Shown: positions 1-13,375 of the stretch, piece by piece
How positions within the stretch are numbered: position 1 is the first letter of the stretch
How the letters are laid out: every line of letters starts with the position of its first letter
Source: Raillietiella orientalis
Lineage: Eukaryota
Direction of reading: 5' to 3'
Length of the DNA stretch: 64,000 bases
Assembly: GCA_036172245.1 (NCBI GenBank)
Contig: JAYWIR010000006.1
Location: 1,364,001-1,428,000 of the forward strand
The notes under the pieces: generated by a model
What the model was told of the DNA's origin: nothing
What the model saw: the letters and a program-made list of their open reading frames with translations, nothing else
Database searches by the model: none
Made by a program: the position numbers and the translations under genes

Positions 1-1315
1 CCATCAACCGCGAGAGGGACACCATTCGAGAGCTATCAACCAACAAAAGAATGGCCAATTTTCTCCATCCAGAGAAAAAGTACGTAGTAACGCTGCAAGC
101 GTCTTCCCGTTCCTGGGAACCTCCCGGAATTCGCGAGATGCACTCTTCTTCCCCTCTTCCCGGTCTCGCGATTTCGCAAAAGCGATCGCGCGCGTTGGCC
201 CTGAGATCCGAAAGGGATGTGGCCAGCAGACTCGGCAGATTTCCTTGAGCGCCGCCGACCAGGTGTTCAGAAGATCCCCACACGGCAGTTGGTCAGAAGA
301 TAAAGGGAAAGCAGCAGCAGCAGCAGCAGAAGAAGAAGAAGAAGAAACCTGCGACACACGTTTGGGTTCAGAACGTTACGAGTCGGCAGTACAAGAAGCA
401 GGCCGAATAAACAGATATGTGAATTGAAGGTGAAAGCAGTCACCGAGGGGAACGATGAGGCTTCCGGTCTGCAGCCCGCAGAGGAGAGAGCTTCGTAGCG
501 GAAAGCGCACTTTCTGAAAGAACCTTTCCAGCTCTCCACGTCTCCACGGCGTGGAGTGGATGGGGGATCACCCACTCTCTTTCTTTTGCTGGCATTTGGC
601 AAGGCATCGCGTCCTCTTAGCGCTCTTGGAGGAAGGGCAACGGAGCGGAAAATCTGCCCCCCCACTGATGCGCCCAGCTCCGACGCAGCGAACAAAGCGC
701 CCCTCTCTCTGTCGGTTTACCCTGAATTCTGCTTTCTTGGTCTTCATGTCTGCCCAAACCATCGCTCTTCTCAGGCACAGATGCTGTCGTGACGCAGGAA
801 AAAGAGAGAAACATTGGTGCTAGGCTCCGGGAGGGTTCGATCCTACTGTAGCGAGAGGTGGGATCACCGTTTGCAGAGTCATCGGCGGGCGCTCCCTACG
901 CCCTCCGCTCGTTGCACACCCGAGGGCGCGAATCCCTCGACAGCAAACTGCCCCCCGGTAGACGCAGTTTGCGTTCAAATCGACTCAATCCTTGGAGTAT
1001 CTGACAGCCGCCGCCGAGCGTGCGGCAAGTCGTGCAATATGGTGGCAGTCGTGCAGTACGATCACTGGTCCGGTCATCGGACCAGGGGGGCAGGTGCGCG
1101 TCCACCTAAGAGAGTCCATCCTCTTAGGATGATGGGAGCGAACTGGATCCTTCCACGAGCGCGCCTGAGAAAGAGTGTTCTCGTCGACAGATAACAGTTG
1201 AATGACAGCTCCCGCGCCCCCTGAGATGGCTGGAGCACATTGTTGCGACTCCATCCCATCCCCCTCCCCCATTTCTCCCCTCGGGGTTCGCTCGTTCCTG
1301 GAATTCGAACTCCTC

Positions 1316-1580
1316 AAATGCTGATTCCTGGAGCGTCCCGTGGGACTCTTGAAGCGGGATGAGGGTTTTGAGAGCTTCCGAGGAGAGCCGCGCGCTCTCT
1401 CGTGGAAAAGCCTCCAAGTGATTGTAGCACCTTCTCGAAGGGAGGATCATGCCGGTGGCACGACATCCTCTCGAAAACGACGTATGTCATCACCCGCCTA
1501 CTCGAGAGCTGCAGGTCGAAGCCACTATGGGAAGGGAAGAAACAGCCGGTTTCGGAAGAAGTGCGGGATACGGGAGCGAG
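1316..1580 (+). mobile_element. Decayed L1/Tx1-like LINE ORF2 fragment (region just after the RT core)
   Basis: Frameshifted remnants occur in the expected order: KC*FL(G)VP (~kYLGvp), RALSWK, LLEGRIM...ILSKTTYV (~LslxGRi...llSk..Y) and PLWEGKKQPVS (~FlWxGK..Vs). Motif recall only; no database search was run. Confidence 0.55.
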
Positions 1581-1729
1581 ATAAGATATGATCCCATTTT
1601 CGTTCGCCCGTTCGCACCCTCCTTGTCCCATCCAGCCCCGATCTCTTTCTTTCAATTGGACCAGGAAGCATCCATTCGGCTTGAGGAGAACTCGCTTTCT
1701 CCTTGTCCCGCTGATGCTCTCTTCCATCA

Positions 1730-1761
1730 CCGCATCCAAGGAAGCGCTTCCTTGGATGCGG
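1730..1761. repeat. Perfect 32-bp palindrome (imperfectly extendable to 1716-1775)
   Basis: ccgcatccaaggaagcgcttccttggatgcgg is its own reverse complement. The 14-nt flanks pair with 3 mismatches. Confidence 0.9.
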
Positions 1762-3399
1762 AAATGGAAGCGAGCTCTCTTCTTTGGATCGTGAGCGCTC
1801 GTGAAAATTCGTCGCTCCACCAGAGCATCTCGAAGCCTGCCAGCGAGCGCAGCTGCCGATGCCGACACTTTGCTGACACTTCCTCCTCCTTCCCTTCTCT
1901 GTCACGAACCGTAAGGTTGTGTCTGCCACTCGAATGGTCCGCCACCTCCATCCTGCAGGCAAGGACCAGAGGACGGCGCCGTCATCTGTTTGGCACCCCG
2001 TGAATTTCTGAACGACATTGGGGGTCACCAAGCGGCAGAATGTAGGCGACCCGTGATGGAGCGCGATTGAACGAGGACAGGAGCTGTCTGCCATCCGAGA
2101 GATCTCGAGCCAGCTCTTGCCTTCCTCTTCTTTTGCGCCGCCGTCCGCTACCCCTGGGTCTTCCGGTACGGTATGTTGCGTGTTTCCCCGGCTGCGCTTC
2201 GGGACTCGACAGGCGGCTTCCGAGCTCGTAAACGAAAATGAATTGCGTTCTTTGGGAAAGCGATGTCGTTCTCAACCGAAGGAGACTTTGGATTTCTCCG
2301 TGTGCGACGGAGCGGCATCAAACAATTCTGTCCGCACTCTCCATGGGTGCGGCGGCGGCGAGGCCCCAACCGCTTTCCGCCGAACGTTTTCCTTCGACCG
2401 GTGCCACTTTTCGAGTTCCCTATGACAGGTAGGAAAGCCGGAAGTTCCTCTCCGTTTCAAGTCGCGGGGACGCCGAACAGCGTTGCACTCTCTGCCGGCG
2501 GTGGCATCTCCCAGCGCGTTTGCTCCCCGAGGTTCAGATGAACCCCGGGAATGGAGAGCAGTCGAACTTCAGGCTCAGGGCTTTCGAGCTTGGCCGAAGG
2601 ACGGAGGTGAGGAGGACCTGTCCGAACTCACGGACGCTTCCGATGCGGATATCGATCCGAATTCTAAGAAAGAAAGAAAATTTTCTTTGCCGACATTCTA
2701 CGAAGGGCTCCCAGAATAAAGGAACATGCAGTCGGTTCCTCTTCCCGAAGAGTTTTTCGCCTTCAGCGCGTAAGCGTATTGATCGCACGCTCGGATTCCA
2801 TCTTCCCTTCTGAAGGGAATGTCCCGCTGATGCCCCTCAGGAATACGGGGCAGGTGCGGCGTCCGAAGGGAGTCGCCCTGCGCATTGCACAAAAGCATCC
2901 CGGATTATCACAGAGTCGTGAGAAAATATCTCGAGCGGTCTCAGCGCCCTCGAAGGACGAGGAGCGCTCGCGGAGACGTGTGGTCTGCGGGAAGGGAAGC
3001 TGGCCTCTGGAAGAGCGAAGGAAGTTTTCCTCTCCTTTGCTTTGCCTTCCGAATTCAAACGTTGCTAGCGAAGTCGCCTTTGTCCAACATTCTCGAGGAT
3101 CTTTTTCTCGTCTGAGGGGTCACCCCCATCTGTGCGCTGTACAGGCCAGGAAGGCCCCGGGACGTACTTGCGTTGGACCTTGGCTTACTGTTTTCGTTCC
3201 TCTTCGGCTCTCTTCATTCTCAATTGCTTTCGGCTCACTCTCATCTCGATTTCACCCCCATGGCCTCTCGACTCAGTTCCGACCATGTGTGCCCACCCAT
3301 CTCCTCGCGAGGTTCTGAGAGAGAGAGAGAGAGAGAGAGCACCTTCTCGGAATGGGCGATTCCCCTTTGAGACTGCAATCTTGCCCAAAGAGCAGCTCC

Positions 3400-3630
3400 G
3401 AATGGACAGAGGAGTCCGTAAGAAAGAGTCATTGGAACAGCAAGAAGCACAGACGGCAAGCACGGGGGGACTGACAACGTTCCCACGTGGGCCGACAGAA
3501 AACATCCTCCCTTTCGACCCCGAACGGCTGACCGACGATTCCTCGAGACTCCAGCTGCAGGAACGGTCCTGCCCTCTGTGTGACCGAGGACCAAGGGCTG
3601 CGCAGGAAGTTTCTCAGGCTCCCAAATGAC
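3400..3630 (+). mobile_element. Possible LINE zf-RVT (C-terminal zinc-binding) remnant
   Basis: ENILPFD...RLQLQERSCPLCDRG resembles the L1/Tx1 motif h.iLpt..rl....sCplC. The downstream H/C residues are lost. Confidence 0.35.
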
Positions 3631-4254
3631 AGCGAGACCAGGAGGCGACAATCCTCGTCCGGTGGCAACTAGAAGCACCGAGCTCAAACCCACGGTTGTC
3701 CTGACCCCTTCCTCGAAGGTGAAGGGTGCGACGAAACGGGCGGGCTGGTCGATCCGCAGGGACGGATCGGATGTGACCTCCTCTTGTGACGCACGACGCC
3801 TCCGCTCTCGGCAAAACAGTTCGCTCCGAAATGGCCCGCAACATGCCGAGCAAACACTCCGATGCTCCTTATCTTCTTCCGACGTACTCATGAGGACAGC
3901 GCAGAACCCCATGCACAGCTGACCTTCACTGGAGTTTGCGAATTCTAGAGAAGATTAAAGCTTTTTTTTTTCTTTCTTCCTGACACGTGGATCCTCGGTG
4001 ACACGCTCGGAAGCATGCGGGGAACGCGAATAAAACGCCTGTTATCTCTGGGAAAGCATCTCTGGAAATGCAGCTATTATAGCAGCGGAACTCGACGCGT
4101 CCTTCAAAGGGAAGCGCGTCGGTCAGGAGCGCTCTTTCGCGCAAGAAATCTCAGGTTTCCGTGCGCGTGAGTCATAGCTTTGGGGGGTGGTTTCTTGCGC
4201 AGGTGTGCGAGGAAGCAAGAAGTGTCCTTGCGCACGGCTACTCCGAGGGGAGAG

Positions 4255-4745
4255 CGGTCTCCATGCCATTCTCGTCAGAACAATTGCAAGAAGAGAGCGG
4301 GGCGCTGAAAGCAGGGAGCGGGCCCTGGAGATTCCCGGGGCGCTGTCAGAGCCGATGAGCGTCTTGTCTCGACAAAAGGGACTCAGAGAAAGGTGGAGCT
4401 CGCCCTGGGAAAGAGGGGGTGCTACTGCACTTGCGAGGAGCGCATCCTGTCCTCCTCGTCCTCCCCCTCCTTCGGTGACAACGACTCGTCGGCCATCGCG
4501 TGAGTATCATCAACTGGCAGCCCCCATCGCTCGCGACCAGCGCGTGCGGCATCAGAGATTATCCCGAGATCGAATCACTGACCGGTGACGAGCAATTCGG
4601 AATACCGACCGCAGGAGGATTCGCTTCCAGGACCTCTCCGGGATTCGGAAAAACAAAAAACAAAAAACGGGGTCTTGTGGCGAGCGAGCAGCTGGGAGAA
4701 GGAGGGGAGGCTCTGCTCCGGGATACGGAAGCCGTGGCATGCAGA
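4255..4745 (+). mobile_element. Decayed non-LTR retrotransposon reverse transcriptase N-terminal region
   Basis: Ordered remnants across frames: PFSSEQLQEESGALKAGSGPWRFP (~pft.eEl..al...KaPGpDGf), PWERGGATAL (~psW..s.itll), SIINWQPPSL (~NWRPISL), IESLTGDEQFG (~li...Q.GF) and LLRDTEA (~lDf.KA). Confidence 0.55.
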
Positions 4746-5439
4746 CGGTTCTCCGAAGGGAGCGCCTCGCCTTTCCTCTTTCCTCCGGGGTCGCGCACGC
4801 AACCTGTCGACTCCGTGCATCTCGACTGACGATTCCGCGGAAGCTGGAACAAATCGCTGGGGCAACCAGCAATCTTGCGAACCGCGAGCTGGAAACGACT
4901 TCACCCTCTGATAGAGCTCTCGAAGGGAATCCGGGAGAGCAGAGGAGGGAGGCGAAAGAAGGAGCGCGTGCAACTCTCAAGGGCTCCCCCCCACCGCCTT
5001 CCCCGCGCGCTCGAAGCACGCCGAACTCCTAGAGTGGAGATGGCGGAAGCTGGGGCAGCAAAACGAGGCGGACAAAAAGTGGACGGACGTAAGGATGACG
5101 TCCACACACCAAAAGCGAATCTCGGAGTGTTCTAGAATTCACAAGCAGAGCTCGTTCATTACGCACCGAACCCGCTTCCGAAGGGCAGCCGGAGACGGGA
5201 GCTCCAGCAAATAAATTTCCTCTGAAGACACCGGTGCCGAAAGGAAGCGAATGCGGCGGCGGGGGGGAAGAGAGGGGGGCGATCCCGGGGTGAGCCCTGC
5301 AACAGCGCTTTACGTCGCCTCCGTAACTTTGAGGTGCAAAAGTCCGAGGCAAGGAAGAAACAAAAAAAAAAAAAGAAGACTAGGAAAAACCGTGCTCACC
5401 GGGATGCTGGTCGAGGAGGTCAGATTTCGATCTCGAGAA

Positions 5440-5770
5440 GAGAATCTGTGATCATTCCGGCTCCTAACCTCATCGAACCCATCGTGAGGTGGGCACACGC
5501 CAACATAGTATCTCTCCTCCTGATCTCTCGAGATGACTCCCGGTCGAGAGGAGGCTGTTTCCGAAGATTTTCCCGAATAATCTTTCCCGAATCGAATCCA
5601 AAGAAAAATTATGGAGCTGCGCAGGGAGCAGCCGTCGGAGGAGGGCAGGGTGCCTTTCGGACAATTTGCGTGCCCTAATAGCTCCGGGTGGACAAGGTGC
5701 GCTCTACAGATGGTGGCCGGGAGCACAGAAGCGCAGAGCCTTTTTACCTTCACAGTGGCTCTGCTGCCGT
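5440..5770 (+). mobile_element. Possible Bel/Pao-like LTR retrotransposon integrase remnant
   Basis: ESVIIPAPNLIEPIVRWAH (~PiilP..h.l..liv...H), then KIMELRRE...RVPFGQF (~M..LP..R....PF) and SLFTFT (~lFtC), with frameshifts and stops. Confidence 0.3.
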
Positions 5771-8700
5771 CGGGTCGGACGTCTTGGGACGGGATCGCCA
5801 CATCTTGCCCGGAAAAAAGGGAGAAAGGAAACCCTTCAAGTTTTCCGATTCAACATCTCGGCTGAACGCGATCCCGTGGGAAAGTGTTTCGCCGCTCAAG
5901 TTTGCGTCCAGGTTACGGGATGGGAAAAAAAAAAAAAAAAAAAAAACATTTTTTGTCTCCTCCCGAGGAGGAGGAGTGGTGACTCTGAGCATCTCTGGGA
6001 GGAGCCCTTGCCGCTCCGGAGACACTCCGAGTCCGCGTCGCAGAACTTTACAGCTGTCCCTCGAATGGAGGTTTCCCCGTGGTGAATCCCGGTGGATACC
6101 ACTTTGTCCGCAACGGAAACGGATAGAGCGCGGCCTCCCGCCGCCAGTCCGCGGTTGCCACGGTCCCACCTCGCGACGGCGGCGGTTCGGCATTGCTGGA
6201 ACCAAGCTGCGAAGAGAGCTGGCGAGAAAGGACGGCGCGGTCTCCTCCGTTTTCGGTCGGGGATCCCAGCCGGCCATTATCCAGCACCAGCTTCCTCTGT
6301 AAAAGGAAAGAAAAGAAAAATGCATGCGTGCACGCACGCACATGTATAGAGAGATGTGTGCTTGCGCGCATGTGTGTCTGTGTGTGCACAGGAGGGGAGA
6401 TTCCCTGGTTCGTTCATTCTCGCAAAAGGATTTTGCTCCCGGAGATCGGACTGGCTGCGAGAATGGAGCTGCATCGTCTTCGTAATAATGAGTAACGTAC
6501 ACCGTAATAATCAGTTGGTGTTCTCGGAGGCGTTGCGGTGGTTTCCAGAGGGCGTCATTAAAACTCCGTGACCTTTGGTGTGTCGTCCCGTGTCGGAGGA
6601 GGAACGGCGAAATCAAAGATCCAGTTGCCGTGCCTACTTTTCGCGTCCACTTGTGGCACTTAATTATGCTCGTTCGGCAAATTTGAAATCCTTCCTGGTC
6701 AAGTAGGTCAGACCGAGAGCCACCTACGCGCGCAGAATGGCGCGATTCACCGACCGGGTCGACGGTTTCTTGACGCGGCGAGCGGGTCACGCGGCGCGGA
6801 GTGACGGGCGCGCGGAGCCTTCCGATCTTCTGCCGTTTCTCCGCGGTCACGCTGCCACGGTCCGCTCTCCCGAGGACCTCCCGGGAGAATGTGGAAGAGC
6901 CCCTCCCACTTGCCGGGACGCGCGTCGTTTGCGCACCCCGGCACGTGGGAGACCAGGACGCGCGAACAGGGAAAGATTTCTTCCGCCCCGGAGGTCACCC
7001 CCACGCCACCCCCGGGCTGCAGCGTATGAGGCCGCAGGGTATGAGGCTTCCTGGTGCCTCCGAGTGACACTCCCAGAATTTCGCTCCCCCCGGAACGTCC
7101 GCGGGAGGCGGCGCGCGACCACTCACCTTCCCCACCGGGTAATTGGGGAGGGAGAGGAGAGAGCTTTTCCTGAGGCTGCTTGGGGGAAAACAACGCGGCC
7201 TGGGGGGCGGCCTTACGTCGGAGGGATCCCCACTCCATCCCACCTTCTTGCCCCGAGCGGAATCCCAAGATGCGCACCAAGGAAAGCCGTCAGATCGTCC
7301 TGCTAGGCCCGATCCGGCAGGAGGAAGTCGCCACTCGCCCTTCCCTCTCGAGACGTCCCCGGAAAGAGGAGCGCAGGTGGCCGCCCCAGCGACAAGGGCG
7401 CAGTGAGATTCCCCCCTCTCCCCGGGAAGCGAAGAGGGGCGCCTCCCTCCCTCCCTGTCCCCCTTCGAAGTCTGCGGTAGGCTACTGGACTCACTCCGGC
7501 GACGCGCCCCCGAGCGCTCTTTCCCCTCTGGTGCGGCCCTTCGGGTCTCTTCCTGGCCCACCCTTCTTCCCCCCCGGGACACGGTCGCCTCGGCTGGTCC
7601 CCACAGCTGCGCTCCGGCCTTTGCGGGTAGGTCAGGGCATCCCACGCGAAGACGTGGCCGCTGGCCCCGCACCCGGAAGCCGCTCCGGCAGGCGGAGGAG
7701 GCAGGCCGGAATCTTCACGCGGCCGCCGAGGCTCGGGAGCCAGGCAGAGGGAGCGATGCGCCATCAGGAGGAACAGCGAGCTGCCGCCACTCCCCTGACT
7801 CCCCTGCGCTGCTCCTCCTCGAGTGTGACCCCAAGTCCGTCCTGTCTTTCCCAGAGCCCCATGGCGACGACGACGCGAACGAGCTCTCCCACCTTCCCTC
7901 ACGTTAGCACGCGCGCGCTCCTGGCATGAGAGAACGGCTGCTTGCCCCTCCCCGATCCCCTTCCGGGAGCCAGCGACGGCCAAAGAGAGAGGCGGGCGAC
8001 CTCCCACGTATCTCCTACCCTACCCCTGCGTCTTCCCGCCCGCCGTCCAGAGGAGTCTCTTCGAGGACTCTCTCCTTCGGGTGCAGAGAAGACGTGAGGA
8101 CTCGACCGCGCGTCGGGAGGCTCCCTTTCAGTGGGGAAGGTAGCGTCTCCTCTCGCACGCCTCTCCTGGGACAGAGCGCGGCGAACGGAGGATGGGAGGA
8201 AGGTCGTGGGTGAAGGGTCGCGGGAGAAGGCGGTCGCGCGCCTCGCCTTCGCATCCCGAAAATTCGGCATCGCGCTCCTGGTCGTGGATAAGAGGGGAAG
8301 AGGCTGCCCTCCCCTCTACGGGCGGCAGAGGGGAAGAGTCTCCCGCTTCTTCCGGTGGCCCACGGAGCCTCCCTTCCCGTTCCGGCCGGGGGTTCTCCTC
8401 GTGCACACAGGAGCCCCACAAACTTTTCCTCCCTTCTTTTCCTCCTCTTCTTCCTCCTTTGCTCCCTTCCTCCCCTCTTCCCTTCCTCCTCCTTTGCTCC
8501 TTCTCCTCCTCTTCAGCCCGTACCGGCTGATCCCTCCTTCGCACTCCTCTTGGATGACCACGGCGCCTCGGCAAGGGAGGGGCGTCGGCTGCGAGCCCCC
8601 TCCCGGCCCGGCGAGTTCCATCAGGCGGGGAGGAGCCCGCGCAGCGAGATGTTCCAAACTGACTCCAGGTGGATCCGAACCGAACGGAGGATGCGTTCGC

Positions 8701-11700
8701 CGGTGCCGGGCGCGTGACTCATCTTTTGCGTCTATCACCAAGAAGCGCAAGCGGGCCCCTCCCCCTCCTCGTGCCGCCTCCTCCCCAGTCGAGTGGAGGG
8801 AGGGAGCGAGGAGGAGTAGGAGGGGGGGAAGTGAAGTAAGCGCGACGAGGGAGCTTCGTAGGGTCGGGCGGGATCTCCCGGAGGTGCTCGCGTTGGAGCA
8901 TCGGAAATTCTGCCTGCCGGATGTTGCCGGAGCAGCCGGTAGGACCTTCGTCGGACGCGCGGGGGTGGTCGGACTTTTCAGGACGCTAGCCTGGCGAGAC
9001 AGCGCCCTTCGCGGGACTCGTCGGCTTCCTCGCCCCCTCCCTCCGCACCAGCCGGTGGAGGGGAAGAGAGGCCGCGCGGTTCCCCTCTTTCTGGGAGGTT
9101 TCCCAGCGGAACCCTTCAGGCGCGGGCAGAGACGGCGAAGGGACATGGGGGTGGACTGGGTGCTTTTGAAGCGACGGAGAGTTCTGGAATGTTAGGAGGG
9201 AAAGAAAGGGGGAAGGGGGGGGGAAGTACCCAGTCGTTTCCATCCTCTGGGAGGGAAGCGTCAAGCGCACGCGCGCAGGGAACCAAGTTACCCCGGCGGT
9301 TCCCGGGAGACTCTCCTTTTTCGGGGCGGGTCTTCTTCTCGAGTGCTTCGACGGGCGGTTCCCGGGGAGGCCGGCGGTTCGAACGAGAAAGACCACGTAG
9401 GAGAAGGGGGAAGGAAGGAGTCATGGGAGGTCACGAATCGGGTGCATAGAGCTCGGCGTGACCTCCGGCGAGGGCCACTCAGACTTTCCAGGGTTGTTGC
9501 TACCCCAAGTGGACCGAGAGACGCTCGGATCCCTCTTCCCTCCGTCTGCCCTTCGCGGGGGAGCGAGCCGTCGGCCTCTCCGAGCTTCCTCGTCCAGAGA
9601 AGGCGGCGAGGGAGCCACTGCCCCGGTGGCAGGGCTACCCGCATGCAGCGGGGGAGAGGTGACTTTCGGAAACCAGCAGATGCCTATCGTGGGCTCCGAC
9701 TCGCCGTATCAACCCGGCGCATCGGCGCGCGCGGGTTGCGCAAGAACTTGCTGCTGCCAAGGAAACCGAACGACCTTGAAAGTTTCCTTCGCTTCCGCCG
9801 GCTGCAAAGCTGGCGGAGGGCTCGAAGCGTTCCGAAGGTAGCGGCACTGACAGGCAGAGAGCCGCCCTCCCCCCTCCTCCCTTTCAAGGCCGGCCCGACT
9901 GCCCCCCGCCCCTTTCCCAGAGGGGAGACGCGTGCAGGAGCAGAGCCTCTCGAACACGAGGGCCGTTCCTCCCGCTCGCCCATTAGGGCTGCAGGCGGCA
10001 AGAGTCCCCTGCACTCCCGCCCCCTTCCGCGTCTCGCCGTCGCCGCCGGTGCGCGCGGAGGAGACCGAGAGCAACGAGAGGGCCGCCAGGGTAGCCCTCG
10101 GATCCGCCCCCTGCCGCTGAAGATCCCGGAAGCATCGCCACCTGCCCCTCTCAAGACGGGGTGAGGGGAGGAGGAGAAGAGGAGAAGGAAGATACCGCCT
10201 TGACAGTGAGCGAAGCTCCTGGGGCGAGCTGAGCCCCCTGAGAATGCGCTTTCTAACGGCGCGAGACCGAGGTCGGGACCAGTAGCGAGCGTCGCAGCAG
10301 GAGGGGGGAGGGAGGGGCTCCGAAAAGAGATCGCTCTTTGCCGAGCGGAAGCTACCTCCTAGTAGTCCCTCCAGCAGGGGGAAGGAGGTGGAAGCCTGGC
10401 AACAGGAAGAACGGATCCTCCCCTCCCTCCTACCCGGTCCTACCTTCTGCGCAAGGCCCAAGGACCCAAGCCTGCCCTCCATCCTCCCATACAGCAGCAA
10501 CAACAAAAGGGAGACCGCGAAGAGGTCGCGAATCTTTCGCAGAGTTCCGGTACTGTACAGCAATACTTCAGCGTCCGCGTGCAGCACGGAGGAGGACTTC
10601 TGGAGCACCCCGTCGGATCGTGACGCGGAAAATGTGCTGGAGGTGAGAGACGGCGATGGCTTCCCTGTTCTTCCGGAAGAAGGTGCTCTCTCGGACCTGA
10701 CTAGGAAGAAGTGTGCGGGCAAGAGAATAAGAGGCGCTTCCCGAAGGTCAGCACCGAGGAGCCTGGGAGCGCTCCCGAGGTCCATTTTCTTTTACCGGAG
10801 CCGCTGCTTCGCCGCACCGCCGCCTTCTTCGTTCCAGACCGTCGTCTTCCACAAGTGCATGCTGGGAGCTGAGATCCGGGAGGTTCTCTCGGGTCGGCGA
10901 GCGCTCCCGGTTGTTACCGCACAACAGACGCCTCCCTTCGGATAGGTTCGACCAGGTTTGGGAGGGGGCAGTTCCGAGGTTGCCATCCTTTCCTCGATGG
11001 ATGAGCGGCAGGGGGATGGGGGGAGGCAGGCGAGAGAACCTCCCTCCAGCTTCTGGACTCCTGAAGGCATGATGCAGAGGGGACCAACTCCCGCAGATGG
11101 AATGGAGGCAGCGGTAGTAGATGGTCCGTGCGTCAGGACAGAACGCTCAAAGTCGGCCGGGAGGAGACCTGGCAGGGCGAAAGCTGGAGCAGGAGTATTC
11201 AGAGGCAGCGTACCCTCTCCTCCTCTTCCTCTTCCTCCATCCTCTTCCTCGCCATTCCTGGCTCCCTGTTCCCTCTTCACGGCGACGACCACCCACTGGA
11301 AGTGACCCTGATGCAAGCGTTCCCCGGACGATGCGACCTGCAGGGGTGCGAGCGGTCGGGAGGCCTGCGGGTTCCGGGCATCTCGTCGAAGGAGCCTTGC
11401 ACACTTTCCCAAACATCCTGTTTCGAGGGTCAGGTGGAACGCCTTAAGAAGAGGAGGTGATCGCTGCGTGCGTGGCCGCCTGGAGGTGCACCTCCAGGGA
11501 GGGTTGCCAGAAGAACGGGAGCCGATGACTGAGATTCTCCCGCAGGATCACTCCTTCTCTAAGACTACCGGGAGCCTCGGCAGAAGAGACTTCCTAAGAA
11601 CTGTCGAGTGCTTCTCGTGTTGGAATTCCGGAATCGCAGGAAGATAAAGCTAAGGGACGAACCATTTCCATGGGTGCTCCCCATTTCGAGAGCGAGGTGC

Positions 11701-12759
11701 TTTCCCTCTCAGGCTCCTTCTCCTTCCCCGTCGCTTCCCTCCATCCTCCGGCGAGCAGTGGGCTCGCGCACAAGAGAAACCGTGCAGACATGAAGGTCTG
11801 TTCCTCTGAGCATCTTCTGTCCCTCTCCTGCTGCTCCTTTCTCTCTTCTCCTGCCCTTCACGACTTGGGGGGAAAATCGGTCTGTTCATGGCAAAGAAGG
11901 ACGAAACGATTCTTTAACCTTTCTTCGCCGTTGCTCCCGAGAACCCAGGATCGGGTGCTGTCCGGCAGAGAGGGGAAGGAAGTGCTTGAGGATCGCAGAG
12001 AGAAGGCCGTCGCCTCGCCTCTCGGATGCTTGGGAAAATGATCTATTGCCTCCGAGAAAGCTCACCTGACTTTCTGCCTGTCGGCAGCTCTCGCTCTGAG
12101 CGCTTCCTCCAAATCCTTCTACAGCTTCTCCTGCTGCTCGCACACTTACGACTGCTTTTCTTGGATCCATCGAGAGAAGAAGAGGGAAACGGAAAAGAAC
12201 TGCGCCTGGAGGAGACTGGGAAGATGCGCGCGCCTCTAGACTTTTGGCTAAGATCAAAGTGTAGATCCGAATTGCATGCCGAAAGTCGACAGGATCCAAC
12301 GCACTCTGGGCAGTGGAGACCCCAGTGGTGGTTCAGGAACCTTCTCCTCTGTACGAGGCCGAGAAAGCGCAAGGACCTCCCTTGAGCCTTCCTGACGCGA
12401 GCTCTCCTCTCCCCTACCACCCAGCAAACTTCAGTACATGGCAGCAGAGACGGTGAACCCCGCGTGACGCGCAGAAGCCCGGACGCAAGTCATGCATCTT
12501 GTATACCATCTGGGAAGAGTTCCCCTCTCAGAGATGAGTCAGGACTGGAAGTGGATCTCGTGAGTCATATCCTCAGCTGCAGTGCTGTTCTCCCTAAGAG
12601 AAAAAGAAACGACAGTAGCCAGCCGACCGCATGGTTCACCTGCATCTGATTGTCAACCACAGTTGTTCGAGGCTGGACGGCAGTCTGATCGACGTGGACA
12701 CTCCAGGGTCACAGACTCAAGGATTGCTGCTCTGGGCAGATCGACAGATCTGCTAAATC

Positions 12760-13375
12760 TTCCCTTAAGACGGACTGGTCTTCTCTCTTCTGAGTCTCGA
12801 CAGCTCCATGCTTACCCTCCGCATGCAGAAGACAACGGCACTCCTTTTGCAATCGGCACTCAGGTGCAATAGGTACCATCACCTCGCGGAGGGGGAAGAG
12901 GACTTTGGCCGAACTATGTGAGGTGCGGATCGGAGGATCCCATCCCACACCTCCTATTGGACCACCTTAGTTCGAGCTGGGAACGCGTGGCCAGAGCTCT
13001 TTCCCACTCCGATTACACCCTCAGATTTCGTAGTCCAAGATGGACTTTTTCTGGCCATAGCAGCCAGAAAAAGTCCATTCCTTGTGCTACATATGCGGCA
13101 TCGGAGCAGCTCGACTTGCAACGAAACTCCGCCAACGATGCACGAGCCTATCCTTCTAGTCGTCTCCATGCTACGGAGAGCGGCGAAGAGGACTCGTCGA
13201 GGTGGTCTGGCTGAAAGAGAAATGGCGTACATCGCACGCATCTCTGTAGGACTGAAACCAGAAGTACAGACCTCCCTTACCAGACCTCGAACAGTGCTTC
13301 CTCTTCTACTCCGTAGAACTCTGTTGGGAACCTGTTGTTCCTAATCTATGTTTACTGTTGGATAATAAATTCCTC
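12760..13375 (+). mobile_element. Decayed L1/Tx1-like LINE 3' end (zf-RVT region)
   Basis: TDWSSLF*...PCLPSACRR, then RCGSEDPIPHLLLDHLSSSWERVARAL (~C..Cg.eEti.Hll..C....W), with AATAAA near 13367-13373. The segment has lower GC than its flanks. Confidence 0.5.

Noticed and set aside
6318..6390. miRNA-like hairpin
   Set aside because: Pairing arises from alternating CA/TG microsatellite-like sequence, and I recognise no known mature miRNA.
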